From Candidatus Bathyarchaeota archaeon (GTDB taxonomy: Archaea; Thermoproteota; Bathyarchaeia; 40CM-2-53-6), in assembly GCA_963733055.1 (NCBI GenBank), contig CAVTBR010000003.1, positions 608,001-672,000 of the forward strand: a DNA stretch of 64,000 bases, written 5' to 3'. The notes beneath the pieces were generated by a model that ran no database searches, was not told the origin of the DNA, and was given only the letters and a program-made list of their open reading frames with translations. Positions 60,897 to 64,000 of this stretch are shown here, in pieces. Positions within the stretch are counted from its first letter, which is position 1; every line of letters starts with the position of its first letter. The position numbers and the translations under genes were made by a program.

Positions 60897-61425
60897 TAAT
60901 TTGGGCCTAATTCAGATCGGCCCATCAACCGGCTACCCTCTCGACACGTTGAAGGAACAGGTTTCTCGGCGATTCACCCGATACCGAGTGGAGACGCTAG
61001 AGCCCATTGTGGAACCTGCGGAGGCTTACGATTCATTCCGCGACCAATACCACTCAACCCGCATTCTAGTAATCCTTGAGGAACTCGTTCAAACTGCTCA
61101 CGTGGAATTACTCCTAGGCGTTGCCCCTTGGGATCTTTACGTTCCGGGCATGAATTTTGTTTTCGGTGAAGCCAGATGCCCTGGGAGGGCCGCTGTGATC
61201 TCCACGTTTCGCCTCAGGCCGCAAACCCGTAACAATCCTGAACTCTTTGGAAAAAGAGTAGCCAAGGAAGCGGTGCATGAAATCGGACATATGTTAGGGC
61301 GGAAACATTGTACGAACCCCTTATGTGTCATGTATTTTTCCGAGCGATTATCTGACACCGACAGAAAACAGGAAGATTTCTGTGCTGAATGCGAGCAAAA
61401 TTTGAAGTGGTTAGAGGTTGAGTAA
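60889..61425 (+). CDS. amzA: Archaemetzincin (M54)
   Basis: NFVFGEA, KEAVHEIGHMLGRKHC...CVM.FS...D.K...FC..C. Confidence 0.93.
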   Translation: MSDNLGLIQIGPSTGYPLDTLKEQVSRRFTRYRVETLEPIVEPAEAYDSFRDQYHSTRILVILEELVQTAHVELLLGVAPWDLYVPGMNFVFGEARCPGRAAVISTFRLRPQTRNNPELFGKRVAKEAVHEIGHMLGRKHCTNPLCVMYFSERLSDTDRKQEDFCAECEQNLKWLEVE

Positions 61426-62272
61426 GAACAAATTCAAAGCCAAGCCTCAACAGCTAATCCCGGAAGTTCTCGCAGTCCTTCTGGCAGGGCTCCTTACTTA
61501 CAGCCTCCAAGCATCAAACGCCCCAATTGTGTCGATCACAATTTTCCCGGAAACCACTAGCGGAATCACTCTCAACGCAGGCATTTTCGTAATTCTGATG
61601 GCGGCTATGGGCACCCTGATGTACCTGTTCATAAAATTCGGGTTGAAGCGTGTCGTCAGATACCTAATCAACGTGGCACTTTTCGCCTTGGTCTTCTTCC
61701 TATTCACCTGGTATGGGACACTGTATGCAAACGTTCTCCCGGCGGTCTTGATGTCCTCGCCGTTGCCCTGGCTTGTAATTAGCTTGCTAGGTGCGATCGC
61801 TCTCGGTTTAGCCATCTACAGGTCGAAGGGCGTGCCACACTTTGCCGCAATCATCATCATCGGGGGGATGACGGGAACCTTCCTTGGCGTTTCCATACCC
61901 ACCTTGACGGGCATTGTGCTTCTGCTAGCCCTGGCTGGATATGATCTCTTCGCGGTGTACAAGGGTCCAATCGGGAAGATGGCTGAATCGACGGACCTGG
62001 AAGAATTCACGGGTGCCGTTTTCACATACGGCGACTTAACTGTTGGCATGGGAGACATGGTGTTTTACTCTATGCTTGCAAGCATTTCGATGATGAACTT
62101 CGGCTTCCTCCCATTCATTGCAGCAGCGTTCGGTGTAGTAATTGGGGCCTACCTTGGGTTTAAGATGTTAGAGGGCAGGGACATGTTTCCAGGACTGCCT
62201 TTCGCAATTGTACTCGGATTAGCTTTCATGTATATAACCTCCCAAGCTATCCACTTCCTGAAACCGACTTGA
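61418..62272 (+). CDS. Presenilin-like GxGD intramembrane aspartyl protease
   Basis: YDLFAV, GMGDMVFYS and PGLP motifs; about nine TMs. Confidence 0.88.
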   Translation: MSKNKFKAKPQQLIPEVLAVLLAGLLTYSLQASNAPIVSITIFPETTSGITLNAGIFVILMAAMGTLMYLFIKFGLKRVVRYLINVALFALVFFLFTWYGTLYANVLPAVLMSSPLPWLVISLLGAIALGLAIYRSKGVPHFAAIIIIGGMTGTFLGVSIPTLTGIVLLLALAGYDLFAVYKGPIGKMAESTDLEEFTGAVFTYGDLTVGMGDMVFYSMLASISMMNFGFLPFIAAAFGVVIGAYLGFKMLEGRDMFPGLPFAIVLGLAFMYITSQAIHFLKPT

Positions 62273-63533
62273 GGGAACTACCGTTCGGCTTCCCGGTCAA
62301 GACATCAGCCAAATAACTGACGTTTAGTATAGTGAAGGCTGTTCCTGTAAGGAAGTTCATCGCGTACCTGGCCGGACCTATCATCGAGTACATTCCGTTC
62401 TCGAACTCGACAAAACCTGGGTATACGGGAGAAAGAAAGCGGATGAGGAAATAGTTGTTCATCACCAGATATATCATCGCAACAACCACCGTTGCAACAA
62501 GAAGCCGCTTTCTGCGCGGATTCCACAGAGCGACATCAATGGTCGCTAACGCGAAGAAGTAAAGAGCGTACTGTTCCGCAACTTGCGCCTTGAAAATTAG
62601 AAAGGCTAGGGTACAAACAAGCAGTGCTTGGAACAGTCCATGATCCGTTTCAGTTCGAAAACGTCGAATCGCAATCCAAGTAAAGATCACCAGCGCCGGA
62701 ATCCAGACCAACCCCAAAGCTCCGTATATTTCAGGAGGCAAGGAAGGAAGCAGACCCAAGTAAGTGAAGTAAAAGAACCCGCTCCAGATCGACATCGACC
62801 AGCCTCCTTTCCCAGCAGTGGAAGCCACGGTGGTACTGACGATCGAAAGCGGCCAACCCATAATCATGAAGGTCGCAGCCGAGAGGGCTACAGGAAGACC
62901 GATGGCGGCAAGGAAAGCCGGAAGTTCCTGGACTCTGCGGTTACGCAGCGTAATTGGGGCACAATAAATGATCGGTACGGATTTGGCGAAAACGGCTAGA
63001 CCAGCCCAGAACGACCGCCTCAACTGACTGATCGCCGTCGCGGAGATCATTAGGAAGCAGATTGCGATGGAGTCGAACATCCCCCAAATTCCGGAAATGA
63101 TTATCGTGAATGGAGAGAAGAGCCAAAACGACAATACCCAAAATCCCCCACCATCAGGCTTTCTCGATGACACATACGAGTACAACAAGTAGCCCAGTGC
63201 CGTATCTGCAAGGATGGCTGGCTGTTTCAAGAGGAAGTAGTAAACGAACCGGTCATTAAATCCGAACATCGAGTAGATCGCGTAAATCAAGCCCGTCATC
63301 AAGGGCCAGAACGGAAGATACGCGATAGTCGGTGTGTTACCGACCGAAAAGACGTTCGCGAAGCTTAAGCCAGGAACCGGAGGTAGAGTGTCATACGGGT
63401 TTCCTCCATGGTTCATCCAATAACCCAATCTCACCCACAACTCGAAGTCCGATGGATGGCCTGTCCAGAATGAGAAGAGCTCACGAATCAGAAGCCCAAG
63501 CACTAATAGTGCAACCAATCTCCGAACAAACAT
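62247..63533 (-). CDS. GT-C fold membrane glycosyltransferase (GT87/PIG-M-like)
   Basis: TGHPSD, NPY, AYLP, LLK.P..LAD, WGMFD and EQY motifs; many TMs. Confidence 0.8.
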   Translation of the reverse strand: MFVRRLVALLVLGLLIRELFSFWTGHPSDFELWVRLGYWMNHGGNPYDTLPPVPGLSFANVFSVGNTPTIAYLPFWPLMTGLIYAIYSMFGFNDRFVYYFLLKQPAILADTALGYLLYSYVSSRKPDGGGFWVLSFWLFSPFTIIISGIWGMFDSIAICFLMISATAISQLRRSFWAGLAVFAKSVPIIYCAPITLRNRRVQELPAFLAAIGLPVALSAATFMIMGWPLSIVSTTVASTAGKGGWSMSIWSGFFYFTYLGLLPSLPPEIYGALGLVWIPALVIFTWIAIRRFRTETDHGLFQALLVCTLAFLIFKAQVAEQYALYFFALATIDVALWNPRRKRLLVATVVVAMIYLVMNNYFLIRFLSPVYPGFVEFENGMYSMIGPARYAMNFLTGTAFTILNVSYLADVLTGKPNGSSLKSVSGSG

Positions 63534-63661
63534 ACCGGGACCTGTCTAAGGTTTCTTCATTATACTTTTCATTACGCAACCCAGCATCTTAGCCAGGGCG
63601 GCCATTTTCAGCATAAGACCTACAAGGATTGGGCCCAACATCACTGTTTCGTGGGGATAAC

Positions 63662-64000
63662 TTGCCATCGAGCGGTGATTACCTGCGCCTAGAAACCATC
63701 GGTCGACGAACCAAGTCCCCACACAACGTGCTAGTTCGTTTCATCGCTTATGGCGGAAAGATAGTTGTTTTCCCTCAGAATCAGGGACGGCAAGACTGGG
63801 TTGCTAATATTCGCGCAGACCCCAGTGTCAACTTGTTTGGCGTCGACAAAACCATCGCAGGCCAGGCTCAGGTTAAGCAAATCTCGGGCTTGAAAGATCC
63901 ACTCCTTGGCGTATTCACCAGAAAATACGGGGAGGACGAAGTGCGGAAGAGATACTGGGGTCAAACCCGGTATATCGAAATCGAAATCGTGTCTGAATCA
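63662..64000 (+). CDS. Deazaflavin (F420)-dependent nitroreductase-like protein, 3'-truncated by the window edge
   Basis: Manual translation MPSSGDYLRLETIGRRTKSPH...QDWVANIRADPSV...FTRKYG; open to the window end, absent from the ORF track. Confidence 0.78.
   Translation, partial: MPSSGDYLRLETIGRRTKSPHNVLVRFIAYGGKIVVFPQNQGRQDWVANIRADPSVNLFGVDKTIAGQAQVKQISGLKDPLLGVFTRKYGEDEVRKRYWGQTRYIEIEIVSES

Noticed and set aside
63731-63964. 77-aa minus-strand ORF
   Set aside because: Shadow of the plus-strand nitroreductase-like gene.

Overview
Gene-dense archaeal chromosome segment. TFE, aMBF1, NAC, Trm56, thermosome, A-type ATP synthase A/B/D, archaemetzincin and BHB-intron tRNAs point to a TACK lineage, most plausibly Bathyarchaeia (inference). 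About 60 CDSs are present, mostly housekeeping, proteostasis and peptide/amino-acid catabolism genes. Three minus-strand tRNAs (Val-TAC, Ile-CAT, Glu-CTC) carry five introns between them, four at non-canonical positions (22/23, 30/31, 10/11, 59/60). There are two accessory zones. (i) A ~1 kb relic at tRNA-Val is bounded by a 47-bp duplicate of the tRNA 3' half. (ii) At 28.2-31.6 kb, three diverged copies of one transposase 3' tail are each directly coupled to a different passenger gene, and two of these units end in the same ~65-bp bipartite terminal sequence. This stack of passenger-carrying units is the best candidate for an undescribed gene-capture system. At least eight single-base frameshifts, including in atpB and the thermosome, look like sequencing errors. 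No CRISPR array, rRNA or intact integrase was seen.
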